The notes under the pieces are model-generated. The model saw only the letters and a list, made by a program, of their open reading frames with translations. It was not told the DNA's origin and made no database searches. The translations under genes were made by a program, and so were the position numbers. A stretch of 64,000 nucleotides of DNA from Octopus sinensis (taxonomy: Eukaryota), in contig NC_043000.1 in assembly GCF_006345805.1 (NCBI RefSeq), positions 7,874,001 to 7,938,000 on the forward strand, read 5' to 3'. Of this stretch, positions 1-12,701 are shown one piece after another. Numbering within the stretch: the first letter of the stretch is position 1; each line of letters starts with the position of its first letter.

Positions 1-212
1 ATGTCTGGATGTCCTTATATATATATAGTATATATAATAATATAAATTAATTAATTTTATGTATTGGCTTATGTTTTTCATTGTTTGATTTGCCTAATAG
101 TGGTTTTATCTCTAATTTAATATAATATAATATATTTATACTATAAAATTGGATTTAATCCTAAATCTGATTTTTCCCTGTAAGTTTGGATTTATTCCCT
201 AATATTTTATTA

Positions 213-247
<35 letters not shown>

Positions 248-250
<3 letters not shown>

Positions 251-480
251 CCTGCTGGGTTTGGCTGCTCTACATTGATAAGGGGCAAATACCCAAAAAC
301 TAGTCTGCAGATGCCTGACCAGCAAGGGGAAGATGCTGACCTCCCCTGTTTGAAGGTTATAATGGACACAGGTTTGTTTGTCACATAGCTAGCTAGAGGC
401 AATGACCACTTGGAGCTAATCAACGGCAGCATTCATCCTATATTTCTGGGCTGCCATATTAGCTTGGTGATAACTATTAA
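248..480 (+). mobile_element. Penelope pLTR / retrozyme-like fragment with degenerate hammerhead, related to the 54.4-kb family
   Basis: Aligns by eye to the reverse complement of 54416-54640 (shared CTGACCTCCC, GAAGGTTAT, ATAGCTA, TGGAGCTAAT, GCCATATTAG, GATAACTATT). Flanked by (TA)n. Confidence 0.65.
270..310 (+). ncRNA. Degenerate type I hammerhead ribozyme (U3-A8 core; G12 lost)
   Basis: CTACA-TTGATAA-GGGG caaata CCCA-AAAAC-TA-GTC-TGCAG, with outer pairing TGCTGG/CCAGCA. Confidence 0.5.
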
Positions 481-491
481 TATATATATAA

Positions 492-974
<483 letters not shown>

Positions 975-1001
975 TTATATATATATATACTTATATATAT
1001 A

Positions 1002-1335
1002 ACTTGTTTCAGTCATTAGACTGTGGCCATGCTGGGGCACTGCCTTGAAGAGCTTTTAGTTGAATGTATTAATTTCAGTACTTAGTTTTTAAAGCCTGGT
1101 ACTCTTTGCTGAACAGCTAAATTACAGGGACATGAACAGACCAGTACTCCAGACTGGTTGTCAAGCAATGGTGGGGAAACATGCACATACACAAGACACA
1201 CACACACACACGACAGGCTTCTTTCATTTTCCATCTACCAAATCCACTCACAAGGTTTTGGTCAGCCTGGGGCTATAGTAGAAGATACATGCCTAAGGTG
1301 GCATGGAGTGGGACTGAACCCAGAGCCTTGGGGTT
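1002..1335 (-). mobile_element. tRNA-derived SINE family A (internal microsatellite, ACTGAAACAAGT tail)
   Basis: Same body and tail as the copies at 4.4, 10.9, 15.1, 45.6 and 54.0 kb. Confidence 0.8.
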
Positions 1336-1377
1336 GGGTTTATATATATATAATTGTGTGGGTTTGTATATATATAT

Positions 1378-1700
1378 AGGCATGTGGCTTAGTGCTTAGG
1401 GTATTTGGCTTGCGATTGTAGAGTCACAAGATCAATTCTTGGTGGTGCATTGTGTCCTTGAGCAAGACACTTTATTTCACGTTGCTCCAGTCCACTCAGC
1501 TGAGAAAAATGAGTAGTAACTGTATTTCATGGGGTTAACCTTGTCACACTCTGTATCACACTGAATTTCCCTGAGAAGTATGTGAAGAGGTATCTGTGTC
1601 TGTGGAGTACTCAGCCACTTGTATGTTAATCTCGCAAGCAAGCTGTTCCATGATTGGATCAACTGGAACCCTTGTAGTCATAAGTGACAGAGTGCCAGTT
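1378..1700 (+). mobile_element. tRNA-derived SINE family C
   Basis: A-box-like TGGCTTAGTG head and CCTTGAGCAAGACACTTTATTTCACGTTGCTCCAGTCCACTCAGCTG body; a second copy is on the minus strand at ~42120-42300. Confidence 0.7.
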
Positions 1701-1723
1701 ATATATATATATATATGTATAAA

Positions 1724-2290
1724 GTGACGCATATTTGCCATTTGAATATGGCTAACCCCTAAGGGTGGATGCTACTGTAGTTTGTAGCCCCAGGAAGATA
1801 TCTCCTCCAGCTGGCTATAGACACTCTATCTGTGCCCTCTCAGTATTTGTGAAGGGAAGTCATCCTCCCCGTCTTCAACTCATGATACACATGGACTCGA
1901 GTTTCAAGGTATTGACCTATCATCGGCGTGTGACAATCATAGTTGTCGATGAGAAGTCAGCTCCCTTCACAAATACATATACTTTTTCCAGTGTCGATTG
2001 ACACTGATATTGAAAAAGTGAAATCAAACAATGATAAATCTCAGAGCGAGTTATAAACAGTAGCGGTAACACATCGTGACGCATATTTGCCATTTGAATA
2101 TGGCTAACCCCTAAGGGTGGATGCTACTGTAGTTTGTAGCCCCAGGAAGATATCTCCTCCAGCTGGCTATAGACACACTATCTGTGCCCTCTCAGTAGCA
2201 TCCACCCTTAGGGTTAGCCATATTCAATGGCAAATATGCGTCACGATGTGTTACCGCTACTGTTTATAACTCGCTCTGAGATTTATCATT
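1724..2290 (-). mobile_element. Penelope pLTR / retrozyme-like element: 352-bp monomer, partial tandem copy and inverted tail
   Basis: GTGACGCATATTTGCC occurs at 1724 and 2076; ~100-bp inverted arms at 2030-2129 and 2193-2290; flanked by (TA)n; contains a hammerhead fold. Confidence 0.75.
1882..1940 (-). ncRNA. Type I hammerhead ribozyme-like fold (U4C, one stem I mismatch)
   Basis: Minus strand reads CACACG-CCGATGA-T AGGT caat ACCT T-GAAAC-TCGA-GTC-CATGTG, with palindromic loop III and extended ATGAT/ATCAT and CAACT/AGTTG pairing. Confidence 0.6.
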
Positions 2291-2303
2291 ATATATATAA
2301 AGG

Positions 2304-2371
<68 letters not shown>

Positions 2372-3036
2372 ATATATATATTATATATATATATATATAT
2401 ACACATACATATACATACGGGGTGGTTGCTAGAAAGCAGAAAATTTGTGAAATGCCTATTTATATTTCAAAAGATCTATTTGAGGTAAACAATAAGTATC
2501 ACAAAGCAGGATATCATATTAATATTCACAAATGTTCAAAATGTCTTTGATAATGGAAACAACGAATCAAAAACCACCTATCATGCAGTTTGTTGTAAAA
2601 TGATGTACACAATGTAAACATTCGTACCGGAAGTTGACTCAGAATAGGTTATAACAGAAAGAATAATGACTTGAATATAATGAAGTTGACTTAAAGTGCT
2701 GGGGTTTGCACTTGCATAGCATGGACTGCTGAGCACATTTTATGAAAATGAGACTACCATGCACACATAAAAAACAAAAAAATAGTTAAAATATCTTCTT
2801 AGTATATAATAGTGACAAGTTTTACATCATATGAAAAGAGAGTTGAACTATTAGTCTTTTTGCATTCTGGTGGGTATCAGAGTGTTTGAGTGACATTAGA
2901 CCCTGACAAATACCCATAAATTAAATGCATCTATCTGGGCGACGATTGTGGCCTGTCAACCTGTGCCTTACGGGCATGATTGTGGCCTGTCGTGTTTTAT
3001 GTGTTAAAGCTTGTTAGTTTTACCTTCATATTTTCT

Positions 3037-3265
3037 TATTTCTTTATTGCCCACAAGGGGCTAAACACAGGGGACAAACAAGGACAGACAAAATGATTAA
3101 GTCGATTACATTAACTCCAGTGCGTAACGGGAACTTAATTTATTGACCCCGAAAGGATGAAAGGCAAAGTCAACCTTGGCAGAACTTGAACTCAGAACGT
3201 AAAGACAGACGAAATACCACTAAGGATTTTGCCTGGCATGCTAATGTTTCTGCCAGTTTGCCACC
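3037..3265 (-). mobile_element. tRNA-derived SINE family B with 17-bp target-site duplication
   Basis: TTACCTTCATATTTTCT at 3020-3036 and 3266-3282; body contains TTCTGAGTTCAA and TTTCATCCTTTCGGGGTC on the minus strand. Confidence 0.85.
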
Positions 3266-4113
3266 TTACCTTCATATTTTCTGCTTTTCTAGTGGCCACC
3301 CTGTATACACAATGAGTTTCCACACAATTTCTCTCTATCAAATCCAGTAAGAAATCTTCAGTCTACCTGGGGCTACATTTGTCTAAGGTACCATGTAGTA
3401 GGACTGAATCCCAAACCACATGGTTGTGAAGCACACTTATAATTCAAGAATTTCCATTGGAAGCAATCTGATTTTGTCTCCGTTTCTATATAAAGAGAAA
3501 TTGCTATTGTCACACTGTACCTTGTCTTCTCTTTTAAAAGTTCTCACAAGTTAATATCTATGAGAAATCTCCATTCCTCTAAGTGAAACTCTGTAGAAAC
3601 CTAATAAAGGAGTAAAGTATTGTTATTCCAAATGACATTGCCCCACAAGGACACAGTTCAATTCCTCCCATTTAAACAGGATGACATCTCTTGTCGGACT
3701 AAGTTCTGGCAGGTTTTTCTTATCAACCTCCATTTATTACTGAAACCCATTAAGAAGCAAAGATGTCAAGTGATATCCTCAGCCTCACAATGTATACATA
3801 TTAAGGTGTTCCATGCTCTACAATAAACTTTTTCTGATAAATTTTATTCTTATAAACATTCTTCTGCCAGTTATGTACGCACTTACACTCACACATACAC
3901 ACACTCACACATGCACACACATACACACATGCACAGGCACACACTTTTTCTCTCTCTTTCTCTCACTCACACGCACATGCATGCATTCAGGACTCCATGG
4001 ACACATGAATGCATGTATGTACACACATGCACACTCACATACACACAAATACAAACACACACACATACACACACAAACACACACATAGTCCACACTCTCA
4101 CACACACACACTA

Positions 4114-4144
<31 letters not shown>

Positions 4145-4399
4145 ACACACTAGTCCCTTCAACAGTAGATTCTAGAATTCACTTAGAATTCAATACCATT
4201 TGCCAGTAATTAATCTTTGCAGGTCAACAGGGCAAAAGTATCAATATAAATTACTCATTCCAAGGGTTATTCTAGTTTAACCCTTTCAGGTCTATATTTC
4301 TAACGTGAACATCAATGTGTTTTAATCAATTCTCAATATAATGAGAAGTTTCAGAGGGGGTTAGTAAATAACCGTGATTTGTATACTGATATATTATAG

Positions 4400-4692
4400 A
4401 TGCAAGCTTGGCTGAGTGGTAAAGGAAGCTTGCTTCTCAACCATGTAGTCTTGGGTTCTATCCCACTGTGCAGCAACTTGGGCAGATCTCCTCAATTATT
4501 GCCCTGGGCTGACCAAAGCCTTGTGAGTGGATTTGGTAGACAGAAACTGAAAGGAACCTATTGTTTATATATAGGCACAGGAGTGGCTGTGTGGTAAAAA
4601 AGCTTGCTTCCCAACACATGGTTCTAGGTTCAGTCCCATGGCATGGCACCTTGGGTAGGTGTCTCTACCAAAGCCTTGGGCCGACCAAAGCC

Positions 4693-4745
<53 letters not shown>

Positions 4746-4915
4746 CTGTGTTTGTCCCCCTACCATCACTTGACAACCGATGTTGGTGTAAAAGAAACCG
4801 ATAGAATAAGTACTAGGCTTACAAAGAATAAGTGCTGGGGTCGATTTATTTGACTAAAGGTGGTGCTCCAGCATGGTTGTAGTCAAATGACTGAAACAAG
4901 TAAAAGAATAAAAGA
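4400..4915 (+). mobile_element. SINE family A (two heads, one complete tail)
   Basis: TGGCTGTGTGG and GGTTCAGTCCC boxes; ACTGAAACAAGTAAAAGA tail. Confidence 0.8.
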
Positions 4916-4922
4916 TTACATA

Positions 4923-6122
4923 CTGTAAAACTCCTTGTAATTTACGCACTTTTTTCTCAAAGATAAAATAAACTTTAGGGGAATACATAAATTACATGAG
5001 TAGATCATTTCCAGAATTATTTTTGAAATGTTTTTTGTCGTAAAAATATGTACAAAATGTAAACATTCGTACTGGAAGTTGACTCAGTTAATGTCAGAGT
5101 AGGTTATAACAGAAAAAAATAATGACTTAGATATAATCAAGTTGACTTTTATTTATGCTTATACTTTCTGTATAAATTTACTAAAACTGTTAAATGGTTA
5201 ACTACTTCTTGAAGTCTGACGTTCATGTTAGTAAACAGGGTCTGGGCCATATTTTACATTGCTTGGAGTTTCAACCTCTTGCAATGGAGCACCGTTGACA
5301 TACATTGTGATATATATATTCCTGGCTGAAAAAAATGTAATGATATGGATAATCTTGATTGTATGTTTTTATTTTCGTCTGTTTATTACTAAGCACAGTT
5401 TCAAGTTTGTCGTATTGTTTACACTAATTTCAAACATTGGCTTCATTAACACTAAAATATCTTCTGGCAGCTCTAATGCTACATTCAAATGCATATTCAA
5501 CATATTTAATTTCTCATTCACAATAAACAATTCATAAGTCCTTCCTATACTGGCAATAATGGTAATGACAAATTTTTAAAGTGTGAAAGGGATTAAAATT
5601 GCAATACTCTGTATCAAAGGTTCTGACAAGAATAGGCGGAAAAGAATTCTGTTTACATAATCAGTTTGATTGGTCACCTTCCTCTGTTGGTTGACTAAAG
5701 TGTCATCCAGGCTAATGTTTATTGGTAATTAAACTTAATTTGCAACACCTATGCATATTTATCAGCTTTGTTTTTGTTAGTAATTTTTATCAACTATTTT
5801 CCCTGTGATCATGATTTGAGAAGACATATGCTAAAGTATGCTAAAGATTGGACATAATCTCTTGTGGGCAAGGAATGTAAAATAAAGTTTATTATAAATA
5901 ACACAAACATTTTTATTTATTAAAAATTTAATAAAATCTAATCATAAGTGAAATTATACTAAATACAACTAAATTGAAAACCTTTTTCTCCTGGATATAT
6001 TGGCAATTCTGAAAACTTTTGGATGTGAATTTTACATGAGTAGAAGCTTTTTTTAACAAATTTTATCCTGGAAATCACCTGTATAAATTACACAGGTGCG
6101 CAAATTACATGGGTTTTTATGG
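4923..6122 (-). mobile_element. pogo/Tc2-like DNA transposon, internally deleted
   Basis: Degenerate TIRs CTGTAAAACTCCTTGTAATTTACGCAC / GTGCGCAAATTACATGGGTTTTTATGG flanked by TA. Minus-strand remnant EYAFECSIRAARRYFSVNEANV resembles a pogo N-terminal HTH. Part of the subterminal sequence recurs at ~2590-2700. Confidence 0.65.
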
Positions 6123-6466
6123 TAAATCACTTCAGCAATGTAACTACACACATGCTATTGGTGATTTTTATCCTTTTTGGACTTTTCCTTTTTCCTTTGT
6201 CTTGTATAGTGAAACTGTATACCCCTCCTGGTAAAAAGTGGTAGGAGGAGCCATTATAAATAGACCAGTTGCCAGTACATTTTGTAAAGACACTACAGCA
6301 TGTATTAAGGAATTAGTGTTGGATATGAAAGCATGTATAACATCCATACAACTTCTGGTTTCTTTTGATATAAAAATTGTTTGCACATGTAAATTCTTTG
6401 CACAGGGTTTCCAGCTTAAGTACCACCAAGTCAAGTATCATGTCTTTTTTACTGTTGCATCTCATA

Positions 6467-9210
6467 GACCGAAGTCAATTTCTTTTATGTAACCAAAATC
6501 AATTTCTTTTATGTAAATGAAGTCAATTTCTTTTATGTGACTGAAGTCAATTTCCTTTATGTGACCGAAGTCAATTTCCTTTATGTGACTGAAGTCAATT
6601 TCTTTTATGTAACCAAAATCAATTTCTTTTATGTAAATGAAGTCAATTTCTTTTATGTGACTGAAGTCAGTTTCCTTTATGTGACTGAAGTCAATTTCCT
6701 TTATGTGACTGAAGTCAATTTCTTTTATGTGACCGAAGTCAATTTCTTTTATGTGACTGAAGTCAGTTTCCTTTATGTGACTGAAGTCAATTTCCTTTAT
6801 GTGACTGAAGTCAATTTCTTTTATGTGACCGAAGTCAATTTCTTTTATGTGACTGAAGTCAGTTTCCTTTATGCGACTGAAGTCAATTTCCTTTATGTGA
6901 CTGAAGTCAATTTCTTTTATGTGACCGAAGTCAATTTCTTTTATGTGACTGAAGTCAGTTTCCTTTATGCGACTGAAGTCAATTTCCTTTATGTGACTGA
7001 AGTCAATTTCTTTTATGTGACTGAAGTCAGTTTCCTTTATGTGACTGAAGTCAATTTCCTTTATGTGACTGAAGTCAATTCTTTTATGTGACCGAAGTCA
7101 ATTTCTTTATGTGACTGAAGTCAGTTTCCTTTATGTGACTGAAGTCAATTTCCTTTATGTGACTGAAGTCAATTTCTTTTATGTGACCGAAGTCAATTTC
7201 TTTTATGTGACTGAAGTCAGTTTCCTTTATGTGACTGAAGTCAATTTCCTTTATGTGACCGAAGTCAATTTCTTTTATGTGACTGAAGTCAGTTTCCTTT
7301 ATGTGACTGAAGTCAATTTCCTTTATGTGACTGAAGTCAATTTCTTTTATGTGACCGAAGTCAATTTCTTTTATGTGACTGAAGTCAGTTTCCTTTATGT
7401 GACTGAAGTCAATTTCCTTTATGTGACTGAAGTCAATTTCTTTTATGTGACTGAAGTCAGTTTCCTTTATGTGACTGAAGTCAATTTCCTTTATGTGACT
7501 GAAGTCAATTTCTTTTATGTGACCGAAGTCAATTTCTTTTATGTGACTGAAGTCAATTTCTTTTATGTAAATGAAGTCAATTTCTTTTATGTGACTGAAG
7601 TCAATTTCCTTTATGTGACCGAAGTCAATTTCTTTTATGTGACTGAAATTAATTTCTTTTATTTAAACGAAGCAAATATACTTTATGTAACTGAAGTCCA
7701 TTTCTTTTACTTAACCAAAGACAATTTGTTTTATTTAACCAAAGTCAGTTTCTTTTATTTAATCGAAGTCAATTTCTTTTATAGTCAATTTCTTGTATGT
7801 AACCAAAATCAATTTCATTTATTTAACCAAAGGCAATTTCTTTTATGTAACGGAAATCAATTTCTTTTATTTAGCTAATGTCATTTTCTTTTGTTTAACT
7901 GAAGTCAATTTCTCTTATTTAACCAAAGCCTGTGTCTTTTATGTAACTGAAGTTTCTTTTATTTAAGCAAAGTCAATTCCATGTTGTATTTAATTGAAGC
8001 CAATTTCATTTATTTAACCAGTTTTCTTTTATTTAACTGAAGTCAATTTCTTTTATTAACCAAAGTCAATTTCTTATATGTAACCAAAGTCAATCACTTA
8101 TAAGTAACCAAAGTAAATTTCTTTTATTTAACTAAAGTCAGTTTACTGAATGCAATTGAAGTCAGTTTCTTTTATGTAACTGAAGTCAATCTGTTATTTA
8201 ACCAGAGTCAGTTTCATTTATTTAATTGAATTCAGTTTCTTTTATATAACCGAAGTCAATTTCGGTTATCTAACTGAAGCCAATGCCTTTTATATAATGG
8301 AATCGAATTTTATTTATTTAACCAAAGTCAATATCTTTTGTTTAACCGAAGCCAATTTCTTTTAACTGAAGTGAATTACTTTTATTTAACTGAAGTTAAT
8401 TCATTTTATTTAACCAAAGTCCGTTTCTTTTATTTAACTGAAGTCCGTTTCTTTTATTTAACTGAAGTCAGTTTCTTTTATTTAATCAAAGCAAATTTCT
8501 TTTATTTAACCAAAGTAAATTACATTTATTTAACTGAAATGAATTTATTTAATTTAATTCAATTACTTTTATTTAACTGAAGTCAGTTCCTTTTATTTAG
8601 CAGAATGCAATTCCTTTTATTTTGTAGAACATAATTTCTTTTATTTAACAAATTAAATTCTTTTTAAACCAAAGTCAGTTTTATTTATTTAACCAAAGCC
8701 AAATTCCTGAAGTGAAACTTTATTTAACCTCAGTCAATCACTTTTATTTAACCAAATTGAATTTCCTTTGTTGAACCGAAGCCGATTTCTTTTATTTAAC
8801 CAAAGTGAATTTCTGTTATTTAACCAAAGCCAGTTTCTTTTATGTAACTGAAGTGAATATCTTTTATTTAACTGTAGTCAATTTGTTTTATTTGACCGCA
8901 TTAAAATTCTTTTATTTAACTCAAGTGAATATCTCTTATGTATCTGTAATCAATTTGTTTCATTTATCCAGAGTCATTTTGTTTGATTTTACTGAAGTCA
9001 AATTCTTTTATGTAACAAAGTCAATATCTTTTATTTAACCGAAGTCAACTTCTTTTTTTTCTAACCAAAGTCCTCTTCTTTTATGTTATCGAAGTCAGTT
9101 TCTTTTATTCAGCCCAAGTCAGTTTCTTTTATTTAACCCAAGTCAGTTTTTTCTTATTTAATTGATGTTAGTTTCTTTTATTTTACTGAAGTCAATTTCT
9201 TTTAATTAAT
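6467..9210. repeat. 24-bp minisatellite (GTGACTGAAGTCAATTTCTTTTAT)
   Basis: Near-identical units from ~6470 to 7650, progressively degenerate to ~9210. Confidence 0.95.
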
Positions 9211-9354
9211 TTCATGCTTACTTCCTATCCCACCCCCCTCTGTCAACATCTTCATTAATGCTTGGACCTTCTCATTAATACTACTTAAATTCAATTTAAT
9301 TTAATTCAATTTTTGCTTACCCTATATTTTGTTTTGTTTTCACTCAATGATATA

Positions 9355-9525
9355 TCACCTTGATCACCTTGACCAACCAGTCTGTCGGGTATCCATTTGA
9401 CACCGCTGTTACAGCATGTTGTCCACTCCTCTCTGGATCGTGCCTTCCTCATCCACGTAATCCCAATCGCCCTCCTAAAATTGTAACTCCACCGTCATGG
9501 AGGCCTTCCAAGTGGTTGTTTCTGC
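9355..9525 (-). mobile_element. RTE-clade LINE 3' fragment
   Basis: Minus-strand PLGRPP.RW then TWMRKARSREEW, ending in a short TCAAGGTGA repeated tail. Confidence 0.55.
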
Positions 9526-10860
9526 TAAATGATGACGACGATAATGGTGGTGTTGATGTTAATGATGGTACATTCTTTGAAGCTTAATATAAAAAGAAAA
9601 GCAACTTTTTCTCTGGTTATTAGCTTTAGTTAATTACAATTAATTTTTATGTGTGAGAGAACAAAAGAGATGTGATGACTTTAGACTGTGCTACTACTTC
9701 TAGTAACATATGGTCTTTACCCAATATTTTGCCTGTTCAAGCAGCTCTTCTTATATGTCACAAGGAACTTGCTGGGCAGCATGGATGACTCATAAAGTGA
9801 AGATACATCTCAAACTATGCCATGGAAAACAAACTTTTACTTAGACTTTGCGCTACTAGAGCTGACCATTATTTTCCAATCCATTCTTTAATATAATTAT
9901 TATTTAATACAGATAGGTGCAGGCATGGTTCTGTAGTTAACCTTTTAGCATTCAAATTTACTGTCAAATATAATGCATATTTATTCATATTATTTTGAAT
10001 TATGCTTTATCTAATACTTTTGAGATTTCAAAGATGTCATTTGTTATTTTTAGAATGACATTGTAGGGCAGATGTGAGAGGTTGGATGTGGTCTGTTTCA
10101 ACATAAAACAGAATGTTTGGGCAGGATATGACTGGTTTAAATGCTAAAGGGTTAAGAAGTTTGCTCTCAAGTCACCAACCACATGGTTTTCGATCCAATT
10201 CCATTGCATAGCATTTTGAGCATGTGTCTTCTACTGCAGCCCCAGGACTAACCAAAGCCATGTGAGTTGATTTGGTAGATGGAAACCAAAAACAGAAAAT
10301 GAGCCCATCATCACTTAATATCTGTTGTCCATGTTGGTATGGGTAGGACGGTGTGACTAGAGCTGGCAAACCGGGGGGAATGCACCAGATTCCAGTTGTT
10401 GGTGTCATTTCTCTTGTCAGAAAATCCTCTGCTGGCTTTTTGCATTTAAAGATGTGTGAAAAAAGAGATCTCTTATTTAAAAAACACGTACGGCATTGCA
10501 ACATGATAGGCATCTGGTTGTGAAACAATGCGTCAGTTATATATTCATCTAACCTATGCTGGCATGAAAAAACAGACGTAAAAACAAACATATGAACAAA
10601 TTCTCTTCTTCTGCTTCATTTTTGTATTTGGTTTTCAAGATTCTTGATGTGAATTTGTGTGTTGAAACTAATCCTGTGTCTTGGAATGGCCATTATGTCT
10701 ACAATACACTGGTTCAATATTATTTCTTTATTGTTAGTCAATGAAGACTTGAGACAATTTGACTAACAAAGAAGTGATATTGAATCAGTGCATGTGTTGT
10801 TATTATTGGTGTAATTGCCCACCCAAGACACAAGATCTATTTTTTTAATAAACAAACTAT

Positions 10861-11066
10861 TTACTCTTTTACTTGTTTCAGTCATTTGACTGTGGCCATG
10901 CTGGAGCACCACCTTTGGTCGAGTAAATCGACCCTAGGACTTATTCTTTGTAAGCTTAGTACTTATTCTATCAGTCTCTTTTGCCGAACCGCTAAGTTAC
11001 GGGGATGTAAACACACCAGCATCGGTTGTCAAGCAATGTTGGGGGGACAAACATACACACACATAC

Positions 11067-11124
<58 letters not shown>

Positions 11125-11290
11125 GATGGGCTTCTTTCAGTTTCCACCTACCAAATACACACACAAGGCTTTGGTCGGCCTGAGGCTATAGTAGAAGATA
11201 CTTGCCCAAGGTGCCATGCAGCGGGACTGAACTCGGAACCATGTGGTTGGTAAGCAAGCTACTAACCACACAGTCGCTCCTACGCCTACA
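10861..11290 (-). mobile_element. SINE family A, full length
   Basis: Head, central (TA)n and tail all present. Confidence 0.85.
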
Positions 11291-11807
11291 CCAGTTTATC
11301 TGTCCAAATCATTTATAACTATAAATACAGCATATATTACAAAACATTCATTTCCTTGACTGTTGATTGGACATCTTTACAATTTCAGCTCCTTCCAACA
11401 GTGTCAGTAACTCTAGTTATCCTTGATGCTAGCAACAAATGTCTGAGGTTCTTTTTTCCCACTCTGTGGAATACTCTTCCCTCTTTCTATTATAAACAAG
11501 CAAATGAATACATCATAGAACGTCCCATTGCATGTACATGTACAAGAGTGCTAGCATCATAATTCAATTGAAAGTTCCAGGAAATTATAGTTGGTGATAT
11601 GTAAGTTTGATTCCCAGTTGAGTAATTTTGGTTCAGCCATTCCTTGTAAATGTGTTCTCTGGTAATAGTCTGCAGTTTATGGGCAATTCCACTCAAAAGG
11701 GGACAAAAACTGAAAAATTATAATAAAACTGTGCTACCATGATTTATGTATTTTTGTGTTCCCATATGCCAATAAGATTCAAAAAAGTAAAAACAATTTC
11801 TCTGCAG

Positions 11808-11882
11808 GATTACTATCATGTGACCAGGGTAGCAATCTGGGATCCAGTCTGGAAGATGGCGATTTGACTGCAAGGACAAAAG
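11808..11882 (+). CDS. Candidate 75-nt phase-1 exon of an unidentified host gene (LLSCDQGSNLGSSLEDGDLTARTK)
   Basis: TTTCTCTGCAG acceptor, AAG/GTAGGT donor, one open frame; no recognisable homology. Confidence 0.25.
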
Positions 11883-12529
11883 GTAGGTATCCAGTTCCAT
11901 CCTTGAAAAAGATTAATTTTCCATCCTACAAAAATGTATTTTCAGGAAGAACTAGAGTAAAATTACAGTTTGGCAGAGTTATTTTTTGGAATATCATCCT
12001 GCTTGTCAGCAGAAACAGAATTTGCTGTGGCCATTAGAATTTGTTGTGCCAGTTACATTTTGGCATTATAAGTTTCGTCTACAAAATCCTGACAAATAAT
12101 TATTTTAAAACAATGCAACCATTATGACGTACTGTAAGGGGGTGGATTTTATTCTTATACACACTACTTTATGTTTTCAGTTACAGGTACCTGCTTGTGC
12201 ACTGTTCATGGAAGCGTCAACCACATTATGATTATAGGGTTCCCACAGTTACCTGCAATGCATGTAAAAAGCCTAGATTGTATTATCTAAGACCTTGTGC
12301 ATGTGCTGCAATAAGCTTCAAGAAACGTTAATTAGAACTTTGTGTTCGAGTGCAGCACACACTTTGAATACTTAGTGTGTTTTTACCTTTTGATCAATTC
12401 CTCACGTTCTTGATTGATTAAAATTAAAATGTGGAATACTAATTGGTATCCAAGTTTCAGTGTTGCATCAGCTACACACTTCTAGGTGGAAATGTTGTGT
12501 CAGTTGCATGTACCTGTTGCGCCACTTAC

Positions 12530-12701
12530 ATTTTACCAAATGCACCACAGCATGTATTAAACAAGAGTGTTTCATATGAAAGCATGTATAGCATCCATAC
12601 GACTTCAGGTTTCTTTTGATATAAAAATTGTTTGCAGATGTAAATTTTCTGCTCAGGGTTTCCAGCATAAATACCACCAAAACAGGTGTCATGTCCTTTT
12701 A
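12530..12701 (-). other. Exon-like 172-bp segment with a diverged paralogue at 6279-6450
   Basis: CAACAG on the 5' side and GTAAGT on the 3' side; open frame KGHDTCFGGIYAGNPEQKIYICKQFLYQKKPEVVWMLYMLSYETLLFNTCCGAFGK. Confidence 0.35.

Noticed and set aside
4400-4640. tRNA genes at SINE heads (here and at the other SINE copies)
   Set aside because: A/B-box-like motifs continue into SINE bodies; no complete cloverleaf or terminator was seen.
6537-7878. ORFs of YVTEVNFF repeats
   Set aside because: Translation of a 24-bp minisatellite; the frame breaks at a shortened unit and in the degenerate part.
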